Source: Nemertoderma westbladi
Lineage: Eukaryota > Animalia > Xenacoelomorpha
Direction: 5' to 3'
NCBI GenBank assembly: GCA_032718475.1
Contig: JAUCBJ010007602.1
Coordinates: 13,783 to 77,782 of the forward strand
Length of the DNA stretch: 64,000 nucleotides
Position numbers and translations under genes: made by a program. Below are positions 49,780-61,424 of the stretch, in pieces. Every line of letters starts with the position of its first letter. Within the stretch, counting starts at the first letter, position 1. The notes beneath the pieces are model-generated. The model saw nothing but the letters and a program-made list of their open reading frames with translations. It made no database searches and was not told where the DNA came from.

Positions 49780-52700
49780 TTATTTACTTGTATTAGGTGG
49801 AGATTTGTAGTCTCCAGACTCGTTACGAGTTTCTTCAAGAAGTACGAGACGTTGAGTCGGTCTGTCTACTGTACGACCGTCAATTGTCCGTACTGTCACA
49901 GTTCTTGTCACTCCATCCATAGATGGATGTGTGGCTAAAATGACACCTGTTATCCAGAAGCGTCTTTTTAGATTCACTTCTGCCAACAGCACGTGATCTC
50001 CCGGCTTTAATGCGCGGGTGTTATTGTACCATGTTGTTCTGGCAGAAATAGAGGGCAAATAATGGTTTTGCCATATTTCCCAGAATTTGTTAGCCAGTAG
50101 TTGCGTGATTTTCCACGCTTTTCTACCGTAACTGTCGCTTTCTATTGGAATAGAAATCGGCGTTAATGTCGTCGGTGCCTGCATAAGCAGGTGTGCCGGT
50201 GTTAAAGCAAACTGGGATTGTTTGTCATCGGGTACTAATACTATTGGTCTAGTATTTAGTATTGCCTCGATTTCAACAAACAATGTTGTCAGTTGGTCGT
50301 CTGTTAATATGTGGTTTACTGGAATGACCTTTGCCATTGCCGTCTTTATAGATCTAATCAATCTCTCCCAGACTCCGCCTCTCCAAGGACTATCTGGAGG
50401 ATTAAACTTCCAAACAATCTTGTGAGGTTGAAGTTCGTTCGAGATTTGATCATGATCTAATTTCTTAAAGGCTCTAGCAATCTCATTCCGAGCACCAACA
50501 AAGTTTGTCCCTTGGTCTGAGTACAAGCATTTTACTAGTCCGCGTCTAGCGATAAATCGCCGCAGTGCTAGTATAAACGCGTTGGTGGAAAGATCCATCA
50601 CACGTTCAATGTGAACTGCCCTACTGGACATACATGTGAAAATCAGTCCCCAGCGTTTTACTAGTATGCGTCCACGTTTCGTATGTATGGGACCAAAGCA
50701 ATCAATTCCAGTCTCTGTAAAAGGTGGCCTGAATGCTTGAAGTCGTGCTTGTGGTAGTTCACTCATTTCTTGGGTACCTATTCTAGAATGTACCTTTTTA
50801 CAAATAATACACGTACGTGTCACTGAACTTAATGCTTTACTGGGTCTAATTAATACAAATCTAGTACGTAAGTAGGAAAGACAGTGGTGTCTTCCAGCGT
50901 GTTTCAGATGTAAATGTGCGTCCAGTATCATTGCACGTTGTAGTTCGTGATGTTGCGGTATTATTATTGGGTACCTAAAGTTTGTGTTAAAGTCAATGTT
51001 TTGAAGCCGAGATTTATGACAAATCAAGCCATTATAAATAATCGGACTCCAACTCAGTATTGGTGACGACTTGATTGGTTGACCTTGATTTATAGATGTG
51101 AATTCGCGCGCGAAATATCGCAGTTGGTAATGGCGAATTAATTTAATCTCACACCTGTCAATCTCAGCCAATGTAAGTCGACGTGTAAAGTCACGTTTGC
51201 CTTTAACATATTGTACAAAACGTACAATCCACGCTAACTTTCGGCAAGCGTTTGACCAAGAGTCTGTTAAGTTTACAATGCGGTCGACGTAAGTATTTGT
51301 GACGTCATCAGGTAAGTCAATGGAGATTTTGGAAGGTTTTAAATTACTAGAAGGGCCCACGGGTCCGCCGGTAGGTATTCCCTTGTTGACTGTTGATCCG
51401 TCGGGGTCTACAAGTAATTTGTCCTTCTTTGTCTTCTTACCTTGATTGTCGGTACTTTGTAAGTCGATCGTTAATGGTGGTTTGAACTCTATGGGGTCAG
51501 CAGGTTTCGGTAAACTTATTTTCCTGCCGACATTAATCCCAGGTCTCACCATAGGTTGTAAGTTCGGTATGTCTCTTGAGCGCAAAGTAACACCTGTATT
51601 TACATTAGCGTAGGTACTACCCACATCTGCAATACATGAGGTTTCACCATGCTTATGGTTGCTCAAGTGTGTCAAAATTGGTAGTTTGTCAATACAAGGC
51701 CGCTCCAATAGGGAAACTGCGGCTTTATTGTTAGTCAATACATTACTAGTGTCTAGTCGACTGTCTAGTAATGTGTCTGGCGATACGTCTGGTAACGTAT
51801 CTAGTTGTTTGTCAATAGAAGGCCGCTCCAATAGGGAAACTGCGGCTTTACTGTTAGTCAATACATTACTAGTGTCTAGTCGACTGTCTAGTAATGTGTC
51901 TGGCGATACGTCTGGTAACGTATCTAGTTGTTTGTCAATAGAAGGCCGCTCCAATAGGGAAACTGCGGCTTTATTGTTAGTCAATACATTACTAGTGTCT
52001 AGTCGACTGTCTAGTAATGTGTCTGGCGATACGTCTGGTAACGTATCTAGTTGTTTGTCAATAGAAGGCCGCTCCAATAGGGAAACTGCGGCTTTATTGT
52101 TAGTCAATGTGTTACTAGCGTCTGGTGGAACATTTTGTGATATGTCTGGCAAAACGTCTGGTTGACCGTCTAGTAACGTGTCTGGTTGACCGTCTGGTGA
52201 TATGTCTGGTGTAGAAAGGCTCGCAAGTCTTCCTCTCTTGACCTTTGAAGTTATATCCTTCCATTTCGCCTTCGGTTTTTTCTTGAGTTTTGCCGCCGTC
52301 CTTTTCTTTGTATCGACGGGCATTGTTGATGTCGTTGGGGTAGGTAGACTCGCAAGCCTATCATCTGTCGTCGATGGAATCTCTAGCTGACTCGTCTTCT
52401 CCCCAAGTTCTAAACTCACCTTGTGGATTAGCTGCTCCTTGTGACTTATCATACTAGTTACACGTCTGTTATGTTTTGTCGACTGTAGTGTAGTATGGTT
52501 CACGTCGTGTGAAAAGGAATGAATTGAATTTATAGTTAATAAACTACATGTACTCTGTACATCGTCTTCCTCGTCACTTACGTCTAGTGTGCGCACAGGC
52601 GCTCGAGTATACCACCCTATCGGCGTTCTGCAGGCGTATGCGTTTCCTGCTACAACTGCCGATGGTCTGGTTTCCCACACCTGATGTAGGTTGAATTGGT

Positions 52701-55405
52701 CCGTCCCGATCAGCATTGCTACCGATCTATAATTGACAGGACATTCGGGTACACCAAGGTGTCTGAAATACTTACGGTCCTCCAGAGATTGTTCCGGCAC
52801 TGGACCTAGTAGGTTACTAAAGTCCTTCGTGGCCGCAAAGGTTAGATCTCTAAAGGGCAACAAAGACCTCTCCCTCTCGCTATGCTGCGATTTTGGAAGA
52901 AGAGAGTCTAAGTCCAACTTAACTCGTGTCACTGGTATTGCACGCTGGCCGTGCATACTACTTACTGTATAACTGACGTGTTTACCTTGTCTTAGATCCG
53001 TCACGACGTCAGCTATCTTTTCGTCCACGTAGCTATGGGATGAGGCTGAATCTAGAATCGCATAGATCCTCTTGCTCCCTTTTGTGCCAGTAACCTTAAT
53101 CGGGATTACACTGAATCCCTTCAGTTGATCCGTAGTCAGGAGCGCGATCGACGGTTGTTCGTCTCCATTGGAATATTCGTCATCGTCTTCTGATTCTTCG
53201 TCCGACGATCCGGATTGTTCTGAGAAGCAATCCTCAATATGTGTCACGAAGGTCGGAGTCGTTTTCGATTCTCGTTTTCGGTAGGCCGCATCGCATCTCG
53301 CTGCTGCTTCCGGGTGTTCCCTGGCGAAGCGTTTCGTCGGCGTGTGGCTGTCTGTGTGGAGCAGACCGTCATGGTTGCGTCCACAGGATGGACAAGTGTC
53401 GGTATTTGGGCAATCCTTGCGCACGTGTCCGTGTCGCGTACACCGCCAACAAGAGTCCAGTGGCCGTATCTGCAGCCGTCGTTCTTCCGAGTTCAACTCG
53501 CGAAATTGTCGACAACCTCGTAACTTGTGACCAATATACCGCTTACCTAGATGTTCGCAGTATTGGCAGCCGTTGAAGTCGGTGCTGAGTTGCTGTCTCG
53601 TCTGTTTCGTCCCAATGGGCGCAGATACTCTATTACCGTCTGAGAATTGTCGTGATTCCGTCGGTGCGGCGTAAGTGGCCGTCTTTGTGGATGTTGTCTG
53701 GGGTTTTTGTCGGTTGGAGGATGGCAGTGTGATCCCTTCTGCCACGATGTGCTGGTCGGTATAGTTAGATCGAGTTTCTACTACCGCCTCCCTGGATATT
53801 AAAAGGTACACATCTTCTAATTTTAGGAATCCTCCTCGCTCCTCTCGCTGGTATTCGACCTTCCTCCACTCCCGACGAAGTCGATGGTGGAGTCGTCCTA
53901 TTATCTTTAATAGAACTGTAGGGGTATTCCCGTAATCAAGTTGTCCAATTGATCTTAAGGTAGTGATAGCGTTCTTGATCTCGTCAGCCAGTTTTAGTAA
54001 GTCGACGGGTTTAGTGATAGCCCCTCCCTTACAGAGTTCCTCTATTACTGACCTGGCCATACTCACTGTACCTCCGTATATCGAAGTTAAACGATCGTAC
54101 GCTAGTTCGAAAGCGTCCGGTACACCAACGAAGGTCTCCGCCAAACGTTTAGGTTCTCCTGACAACGTTTGGAGCAAGTAATTGAACTTCTCCCGTGATG
54201 TAAAGGCGCACACGGCGATCTGGGATTCGATATAGTCTACGAAGGTATGCCAGTGTTTTGAGCTACCGGAAAACTTCGGTGGTTGTTGTACCGGCAATCC
54301 CTGTCTGGCTGCGAATTTCGCTATCTCCTCGGCAACGTTCAGAGTTTCGCGTCCTTGGTTGGTGACTTGGTTGATATCCCTTCTTGGCGCTTTTCCCTGA
54401 TACGATGTGGGGTTTGAAGGTACCGGTCTTTGTGGTTCCTTCTGGTGTCTATTGTGTTCGAATTCGGAATTTCTCGAACTGTCGGTTTGAACTTCCTCCA
54501 GACGCTCCTCGATCTGAGCCAACTTATTTACAACTGGTCGCAGAATGTCGGCGAACTGTTGTGTACTAATTGCGTCCGTTGGTTGTAACGCCTTCTGTGT
54601 TGGTGTATTCTGTGGAGGATTGTCTGCAAAGGAGTTGTCTGAACGCTCGCGTTTATATTCATCGGCCGCCCCTGTTCTAAATACCTCGCGTTTCGGGTAA
54701 TCCGACTCGCTCGAAGTACTACTGTCACCTGGATACGGTGGTCGACGTGCTCGAGTCCGTTGCGCCGTTCGAATCCTAACATTCCGTTTCGGAACATCGT
54801 CCACTGATCTCCGTTGTTCGGTAGGCTCACAAGTCTTCCTCGAAGTCGTAGATTGCGATGTAAATTGGTTGAATGGTCGCGTCTCCACTGTTCTCCGTTG
54901 TTCGGTAGGCTCACAAGTCTTCCTCGAAGTCGTAGATTGCGATATAAATTGGTTGAATGGTCGCGTCTCCACTGTTCTCCGTTGTTCGGTAGGCTCACAA
55001 GTCTTCCTCGAAGTCGTAGATTGCGATGTAAATTGGTTGAATGGTCGCGTCTCCACTGTTCTCCGTTGTTCGGTAGGCTCACAAGTCTTCCTCGAAGTCG
55101 TAGATTGCGATGTAAATTGGTTGAATGGTCGCGTCTCCACTGTTCTCCGTTGTTCGGTAGGCTCACAAGTCTTCCTCGAAGTCGTAGATTGCGATGTAAA
55201 TTGGTTGAATGGTGGGCGAATGACAGCATTTGAAACAACTGGCCTTGTCGGTCGAAACGTCATTGGGTAAGCGTAGTGTGTAACGGGTTTAGGTGTCGAC
55301 GGTGGACTCACCTGTTTAGTTGTCAGTAGTGCAGGTCCAGTCAACAAACTACTACGATCCGTAATCGGTGGGTTACTTACCTTGACTTTCGGAATGGGCG
55401 ACGAC
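49780..55405 (-). CDS. Element 2A polyprotein, C-terminal part: gag core, 3 zinc knuckles, protease, repeat spacer, integrase
   Basis: PKFSGSSKHWHTF; CQYC..H..C, CWRCTRHGHVRKDC, CPSCGRNHDGLLH; AILDSAS; HLHLKH..CIIC; GIDCFGP, SDQGTNF, GGVWERLI; FWEIWQNHYL. No YxDD RT motif. Confidence 0.92.
51680..52125 (-). repeat. 114-bp (38-aa) coding tandem repeat, about 3.5 copies, in the PR-IN spacer
   Basis: TNNKAAVSLLERPSIDKQLDTLPDVSPDTLLDSRLDTSNVL repeated. Confidence 0.9.
54799..55213 (-). repeat. 84-bp (28-aa) coding tandem repeat, 5 copies, in gag
   Basis: PFNQFTSQSTTSRKTCEPTEQRRTVETR repeated. Confidence 0.95.
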
Positions 55406-58282
55406 TAGGGTGGCACTTATTTTTCGAATTTTGAAATTCCATCGGGACGCCCCCGCAACCGGTTCCAATGAGCATAAAAACAACGTGTGTAAAAGGATTT
55501 TGAAAAATATTAATATTTAGAGGTGCCGCAACGAGGTCAAAGTTTGCTTATTTTTTGCAAAAATGGAAATCTATTTTTACTTATTTATAAATGTTCCAAG
55601 TGTGAAATTTACAGTTTTAGGCTTCAACATATTCATATTTAATATATATTCATATATAACATATCTAAATAACATATTTTGACTAACATTTTTGAGTCTA
55701 TAGGTCCCCCTCTTCCCGAGTATTAGCCCCTCAATGTTAGTTTGCAGAGGTCACGGTGGACTTGCGGGCGTCCGGAAACTTCCGGCGGTGCTCCTCGACA
55801 ACCTGAAGCAGGTACTGCCTTTGTGACTCGTCCTTAGTCAGGCAGAGATTGAATTCCTGCATCATGGCGACGCCGCGCTCCGCAAAGTCGTTCACAACTT
55901 TGAGGCGGCGAACGCGGCGGGCGCCGGCCAGGTAGACCTCGTCGGTGTGCCAATCCGCGGGGTCGCTGTCGAGGAACTCGCTGTCGAGGCCCATGGCGCG
56001 GAAGAGCTTCTTCGACGAGCTTGTTACAAAGTCGGCGAGGGACTTCTTGCCGACTCCATCGCTCGTCATGTCGACGTTGATGCGCCGCGCGGGATCGTCG
56101 CTGCCCTCCTCCTCCAATGCCTTCACCATGGCTCGCTTCGTCGCCAGCGACGTGCCGTCGTCGAAGAAGGCGAGGGCGACGAGCGACTCGCTGACATACC
56201 AGAGGTGGCGGGCGAAGACCTTGGCCGTCGCCTTCGCTAAAGCCTTGTCGTGGAACGCCACGAGGCTCTTGGCGAATGCCAAGTCGTTCGCTGGAGCGGA
56301 CGCTGCGAGCGGCGCGACGAACCACGCGGGGATGTAGGCCAGCACCGCGAACACCACGAAGCGCCGCAGTCCGTTCAGCTCCTTGGCTGTCAGCTTAAAC
56401 TGGGCCCGAAACAAGTAGATCTTGAGCCCGTAGATCACTTTGGCCATCCACCGCGCATGGTGGAGGGCACCGGGGCGCTGGAAGCGCACGCCTCGTTTCG
56501 GGACACCGCCGAGGACGATGACGGCCAGCTCAAGCAGCTCGCGATAATCGTCGCGTGGCTGGGCGTTGTCGAGGTGGCGGCGGAAGGTGGCAATCAGGTC
56601 GTCGCGGCTGTCCAAGAGCGCCGGGGGCGCTTCGTCGTCGGCGCCGACTGCATCCCACGCCGCGATGTTGACGAAGGCCCAGTTCTCCTTGAAGCGCTTG
56701 AAGAGGAGCACGTCCGGACCGGATGTCCCTCCCATGCACTCCTCGTAGGCCTTGGCGGCCACCAGCTCGTAGACGTGATGGCGACACGCCAGATGAAGCA
56801 CCTCGCGGCCAAGACGCTGCTCGATGAGCGTGCAGGCCCCGTTCGACGTACCGGTATTCGATGCCGTGGTGTCGAACGACAAAGCTGCCACCCGTTGGGT
56901 TATGTCCCAGTCGTCCAAGGCGTTCATCACCGCTGTCGCCTGGGCGTCACCGCTCCCGTTCGGGAGCTTGGGTACGGCGAGGAGCTTGGCTACTCCGTCG
57001 CCGGTAACCAAAACAGGCAGGCGATCCTCGCTCGGGCCACCGTCCGCGGCCGGGACGATTTTTCCGTCCCAATGGACCGTCAAGGGGACGTCTGGTGCGA
57101 ACGCTGCTTTGATCTCAGCGGCCGACACCTGGCGGAACTTGATTCGCTCTTTCCTGAACGATTCGCGGTTCATCACGACAGAAGCGGGGTCCACGCCAAA
57201 GCTCCGCGCGGCCGCAGATAGGACGTGCACCGCCTGTCGGTTGGACATCTTCGTCCGGTCCATCGCGGACGAGAGACCGACGTCGACGATCTTCGTCGTC
57301 GCACGACGCTTTGGTGGAGATGGAGAGGGAGCCGCCGACGTCCCTGGCTGGGCGTCGTCGTCGGAGTTATTGTTCGAGCTGGAGCTCGACGCCAGTTGGT
57401 ACCTCTCGTCAGCCTCGCGCTTGTTCTCGTCCACCTGACGGCGCCTCTCCTCCGTTCTCGTCATTCGCCGATGTTGACGCGCTTCCAGAACGGCCTGTTG
57501 TTCGTCCGTTCCCGCCATTGTACCGCGCCGCCCCTTCTCACGCTGTGCGAGGAGAAAAGCTTTGTCCTCCTCCAGGCGGATCAGCTTCAGAGCATCACCA
57601 TGAGTGATGTCGAACAGGTCGTCGAGTTTTGCCTTGAACTTCTCCTCGTTGGCGGTCTGAGTCGCGGAGCGCCGCCTGCTGCTCTTGTTCATGTTCCGCC
57701 ATTCGTCGAAGAGCTTGAGCAGACGCTCGCGGCCGCGCTGCTCCTTCTGGACCGGGATCCGGGCACGGTGCCAGAACGGGATGATCAGCTTCAGCGTCTG
57801 GGCCGCGGCATCCGACTTCGTCAGCTTGTCGTCGAGATGCCGATGCAGGAAGTACCCAAGTGCCTGTCGAATCGACGGCAGCTTGGAGCCGTGGATGTCT
57901 TCCTCGACATGCCCCAGGAGGTATACTGCGGTCTTTGACCGTGTACGAGTAGCACTAGCCATCTGTGGGTCAGGTGGGAAACGCATTATAGGTCAACTTG
58001 TATATTTTAATGTGTACAAAATGTGTTATTTAGTTCAAATGTAAACATATTAAAGCCTAAAAGGATATATTTCACACGTGGAAAATTTATAAATAAGTAA
58101 AAATAGATTTCCATTTTTGCAAAAAATAAGCAAACTTTGACCTCGTTGCGGCACCTCTAAATATTAATATTTTTCAAAATCCTTTTACACACGTTGTTTT
58201 TATGCTCATTGGAACCGGTTGCGGGGGCGTCCCGATGGAATTTCGAAAAAAACACAAAAAATGTCAAATAAGTGCCACCCTA
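55406..58282 (-). mobile_element. hAT-superfamily (hATm-like) DNA transposon, 2877 bp, apparently intact
   Basis: TAGGGTGGCACTTATTT...AAATAAGTGCCACCCTA termini with long subterminal inverted repeats (about 200 bp); 8-bp TSD GCGACGAC (55398-55405 and 58283-58290). Confidence 0.95.
55737..57986 (-). CDS. hATm-like transposase (749 aa)
   Basis: VHWDGK, FDTTASNTG, LACRHHVYEL, HHARWMAK, RHLWY and VVNDFAERGV motifs. Confidence 0.9.
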   Translation of the reverse strand: MRFPPDPQMASATRTRSKTAVYLLGHVEEDIHGSKLPSIRQALGYFLHRHLDDKLTKSDAAAQTLKLIIPFWHRARIPVQKEQRGRERLLKLFDEWRNMNKSSRRRSATQTANEEKFKAKLDDLFDITHGDALKLIRLEEDKAFLLAQREKGRRGTMAGTDEQQAVLEARQHRRMTRTEERRRQVDENKREADERYQLASSSSSNNNSDDDAQPGTSAAPSPSPPKRRATTKIVDVGLSSAMDRTKMSNRQAVHVLSAAARSFGVDPASVVMNRESFRKERIKFRQVSAAEIKAAFAPDVPLTVHWDGKIVPAADGGPSEDRLPVLVTGDGVAKLLAVPKLPNGSGDAQATAVMNALDDWDITQRVAALSFDTTASNTGTSNGACTLIEQRLGREVLHLACRHHVYELVAAKAYEECMGGTSGPDVLLFKRFKENWAFVNIAAWDAVGADDEAPPALLDSRDDLIATFRRHLDNAQPRDDYRELLELAVIVLGGVPKRGVRFQRPGALHHARWMAKVIYGLKIYLFRAQFKLTAKELNGLRRFVVFAVLAYIPAWFVAPLAASAPANDLAFAKSLVAFHDKALAKATAKVFARHLWYVSESLVALAFFDDGTSLATKRAMVKALEEEGSDDPARRINVDMTSDGVGKKSLADFVTSSSKKLFRAMGLDSEFLDSDPADWHTDEVYLAGARRVRRLKVVNDFAERGVAMMQEFNLCLTKDESQRQYLLQVVEEHRRKFPDARKSTVTSAN

Positions 58283-59957
58283 GCGACGACGTTGCTCTTG
58301 GCGGTATAAACTCGTCCGGAATAACAAACCTGTGTTCCGTCGCACCACGGATAGGAGAAATATCACTACTACCCGCAATCGAAACAGGTTCCTTAGTCGT
58401 AACCGGTGCAAACATATGAGTTACCTGTGGGAATCGTTGACACACGTCTTTTACTAATTGTCGTTCCCGTCCGGGTGCTCCTACGCTTCCTTCCTTCTTC
58501 CGTTCCTGAATTTGGCGATGTCTTACCTCTAACTGGTCCAAATCATGTCCGTCACGAGATCTCATCGATCTATCGCGCGCCTTTTGATCCAAATCTTCCT
58601 CGGCGTTCGCTAATTCTCTCGCCTTCTTCTCGAGTTCGAAATGAAGTTTCACTGTCTTCTCTCGTTGTTCCGTTTGTTGTCGTTGCGCCTCAAACTCCGC
58701 TTGTCGTATAGCGGATTGAGCTTTTATTTGCCGTGTTTTCATTTCGGCCCGCGCTTCCGAAACTAACCTTTCTCGTTGTAATTCTGCCGCTGCCGTTTGT
58801 CGCTCCAACTCGGCCGCTGCGTTTCGTCGCTCCAACTCGGCCGCTGCCGCTGCCGTTTGTCGCTCCAACTCGGCCGCTGCCGCTGCCGTTTGTCGCTCCA
58901 ACTCGGCCGCTGCCGCTCGTCGCTCTACCTCGGCCGCTGCCGCTGCCGCTTGTCGGGCAATGTCTAACTCTAACCTTTCTACTTCAGCTGCTTCTAATTC
59001 AGCTTGTTCCTGTAGATGAGAGATTCTTGCTATATTCGCAACGCGTAGCTTCTCTTCCTCTACTGCTGCTTGCATCACTAGAAGTTGAGCTTGTTCTTCC
59101 ATTTCTTGTCGTTGTCGGTGGAATTCTTGCTGTTGTCGAGCAACTTCTGACGTGACTATACTTCCCTCGCAGATTTCGCTACGAATACTTACCAACGATT
59201 GGTCCAGTATTCCCGGTGCCGATTCGATTCGTACGGGTGAAGTTTCCCTCGTATATTCCGGCACGGTTTCCCAATCTCCGACGTCTTCGCCGCACATACG
59301 TAAGTGGTCCGTCAGGTGTTTTAATTGTCCATCCAGTCGGTACAGTTCCTGTTCTTCCTCGGGTTGTAATAATTCGTCCGAAACTGACTCACCTAACAAC
59401 TGGTCCGCTTGTTCCTGTTGTATCTGTCTAATCGTCGACTTAAACTGAATCAGTTTCTCTCTAGTGATCATTAGTTTCTCGAGGATTCTAAGTTGAGTAT
59501 CCATGTCCTGTCTCTGTCTAGCTAGATCTTGTAGGCCAACTAGATTATCTACGGACTTATATACTTTACTCTGTACTCTAACCTGGAGGGTGTAGAACTC
59601 GAATCGAGACATCGGAGCGGTCAACCCGTCTAATATGCGTTGGCCTTCTCCAATACTCCTGGTAATATGCGCCATGTATCCACCGACGCTTCTAACCACA
59701 CTTTCTGTGCTTCCTGCTGAACTTACCATTTCCGTTTCCCTATATCTAGGTTGCGGAACAGTTAGAAAGTCCTCGGTCCTGCCGTCGCCTCGTACTACGG
59801 CATCCGGTACTCCCGTTGGATGTACTGGTGACGCACACGGTGTAGGTTCGGTAGGCTCGCGAGTCTTCCCCTGTTGTCCTTCCGCTGCTGACTTATCCGC
59901 GTCACATGAGTCATAGTCGGTTTGTGTATTCTTCGTATAGTCTTGTTTGTCACTCAT
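58283..59957 (-). CDS. Element 2A polyprotein, N-terminal coiled-coil gag part
   Basis: Removing the hAT element and one TSD joins ...PPRATSS to PIPKVKVSNPP...LLTGPALL in frame, giving one ORF of about 2430 aa. Confidence 0.9.
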
Positions 59958-60753
59958 TTCGGTAGTTGTAAGTCAAGTAAAGTGAGTGTCAAAGTATCGA
60001 GTTTACCGTATTTATCTAAACGGTACTAATTACAGTCTTATAAAATTAGCCTACCGGCCGATTTTATAGCAGATGGATAAAATTAGCCTAAACGGCCAAT
60101 TTTACAGCAAATAAATGTCACGGAATAAGTATATAATAAAATTAGCCTAGCGGCCAATTTTATAACAAATAAAATCGGATAACGATATGCGTTATCAAAA
60201 GGTAAATTAAATACAATAATACGGACTAATTCAGCAATGAACAAAGAAATCATACGGAATGCATAAATACTTGAGACAGTGGAACCCACAATAATTTTAA
60301 CTAATACGGTAATGCCTAACTTATTTATGCAACTTTTCGAACTCACCCACTCCAATAATTCTCCAGAAAAACAGATTCCCAGATACAAACCGAACGTGAA
60401 CCTTTCCGTTTTTAACGTTGCGGACGAAACGCGATTTTCCCAACCAAAGTTGTTGAGTTATCTATCTCCCAAACTTGCTAAACACGGTCTTGCTCCCGTT
60501 ACAGTCTAGAAATGAGTTCTGAATCCTGAAAAAACAAAAGAGTTAGGTTTTACTTTACGAAAATTTTGTACCGGTACAATATGGTATTTAAACCCTTTTA
60601 AACACCGGTATTCAATTCCAAAATATTTTACACGCGGTTCAAATCAAATTTTATTTCAAAAAATTAGCACTTAGCTAATCAAATACAAATTTTTACCTCA
60701 AAATACAAAATTTTCAAATAACTTTAGTCCTACCGAACCGTAGTTCAGTAAAA

Positions 60754-60764
60754 CACATTCCTAC
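60754..60764 (-). promoter_or_regulatory. Putative non-tRNA primer-binding site GTAGGAATGTG
   Basis: Immediately follows the LTR end (...CTTCAATTA) on the minus strand; does not begin with TGG. Confidence 0.55.
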
Positions 60765-61424
60765 TAATTGAAGAGATACGCCTATTCCTACTATTGGAAG
60801 AGACGGTAACAATACCTGCAATATCCTACTGTAAAGTTTGTAAATCAAATCATAAATCCGACCTTCTCACCAAAACAGTAAACTCTAAGTAAGCGAATAT
60901 ATTGCAGTATCGATCTCTTATAACCGGTGAGGCAGAAAACAGTCTACGAGCAGACAAACTTCGATAAAACAAATCCCGCGCAGCGAATCCTAAAATCAGG
61001 CTGACTCACTGACGGACTAAGGGGCTCGTATACTTTGCCGCGGTGTGATTTATATGGTTGGGCAAAGGGACGCTAGCTAGGTATAGAGCAGATTTGGAGA
61101 TGTCTAACTAGCGGGCAAAGCACAGTACGGACAAAGTTAATTTTATATATTTCGAGGTGTAAATAATTTCTAACGCGCGTGTGTTAATTCTGAACGGTCA
61201 AAACAGTTTTGCTCCTTCACATATATAATTACTGGGTACGGTGTGCATTTTACGAATATTCTAATTTTGTAACTTGTAGGTCCAATACTCACGAATGGTA
61301 AGGTTCCTTCCCCTCTTGCGTATTTCCAGGACTCAAATTCAGGCATAAGGTTAATACTACGCCCAGAATTCGGCAATTTTAGGTACCAGGTCCCTGATAC
61401 TAAGAAGAGATGTGTTAGTTTACT
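60765..61424 (-). repeat. 660-bp U5-side portion of the 5' LTR of element 2A
   Basis: Direct repeat of 42780-43441, directly abutted by another LTR copy at 61425. Confidence 0.9.

Larger units (their letters stand above)
42780..61424 (-). mobile_element. BEL/Pao-type LTR element (element 2A): gag-PR-IN polyprotein without RT/RNase H plus an exonuclease/zinc-knuckle ORF
   Basis: Terminal direct repeats (42780-43441 matches 60765-61424), BEL-type gag, protease and integrase motifs, PPT at 43807-43827. Confidence 0.9.

Noticed and set aside
51270-51300. YVDR as a remnant RT YxDD motif
   Set aside because: It lacks the second Asp and any flanking RT motifs, and lies in the pre-integrase linker.
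55834-58044. Long overlapping plus-strand and alternative-frame ORFs (up to 323 aa)
   Set aside because: Shadow ORFs expected from the GC-rich transposase gene.
58206-58282. C-terminus LGWHLFDIF..RNRFQ of the 583-aa ORF
   Set aside because: Read-through into the hAT terminal repeat; the real frame resumes at 55397.
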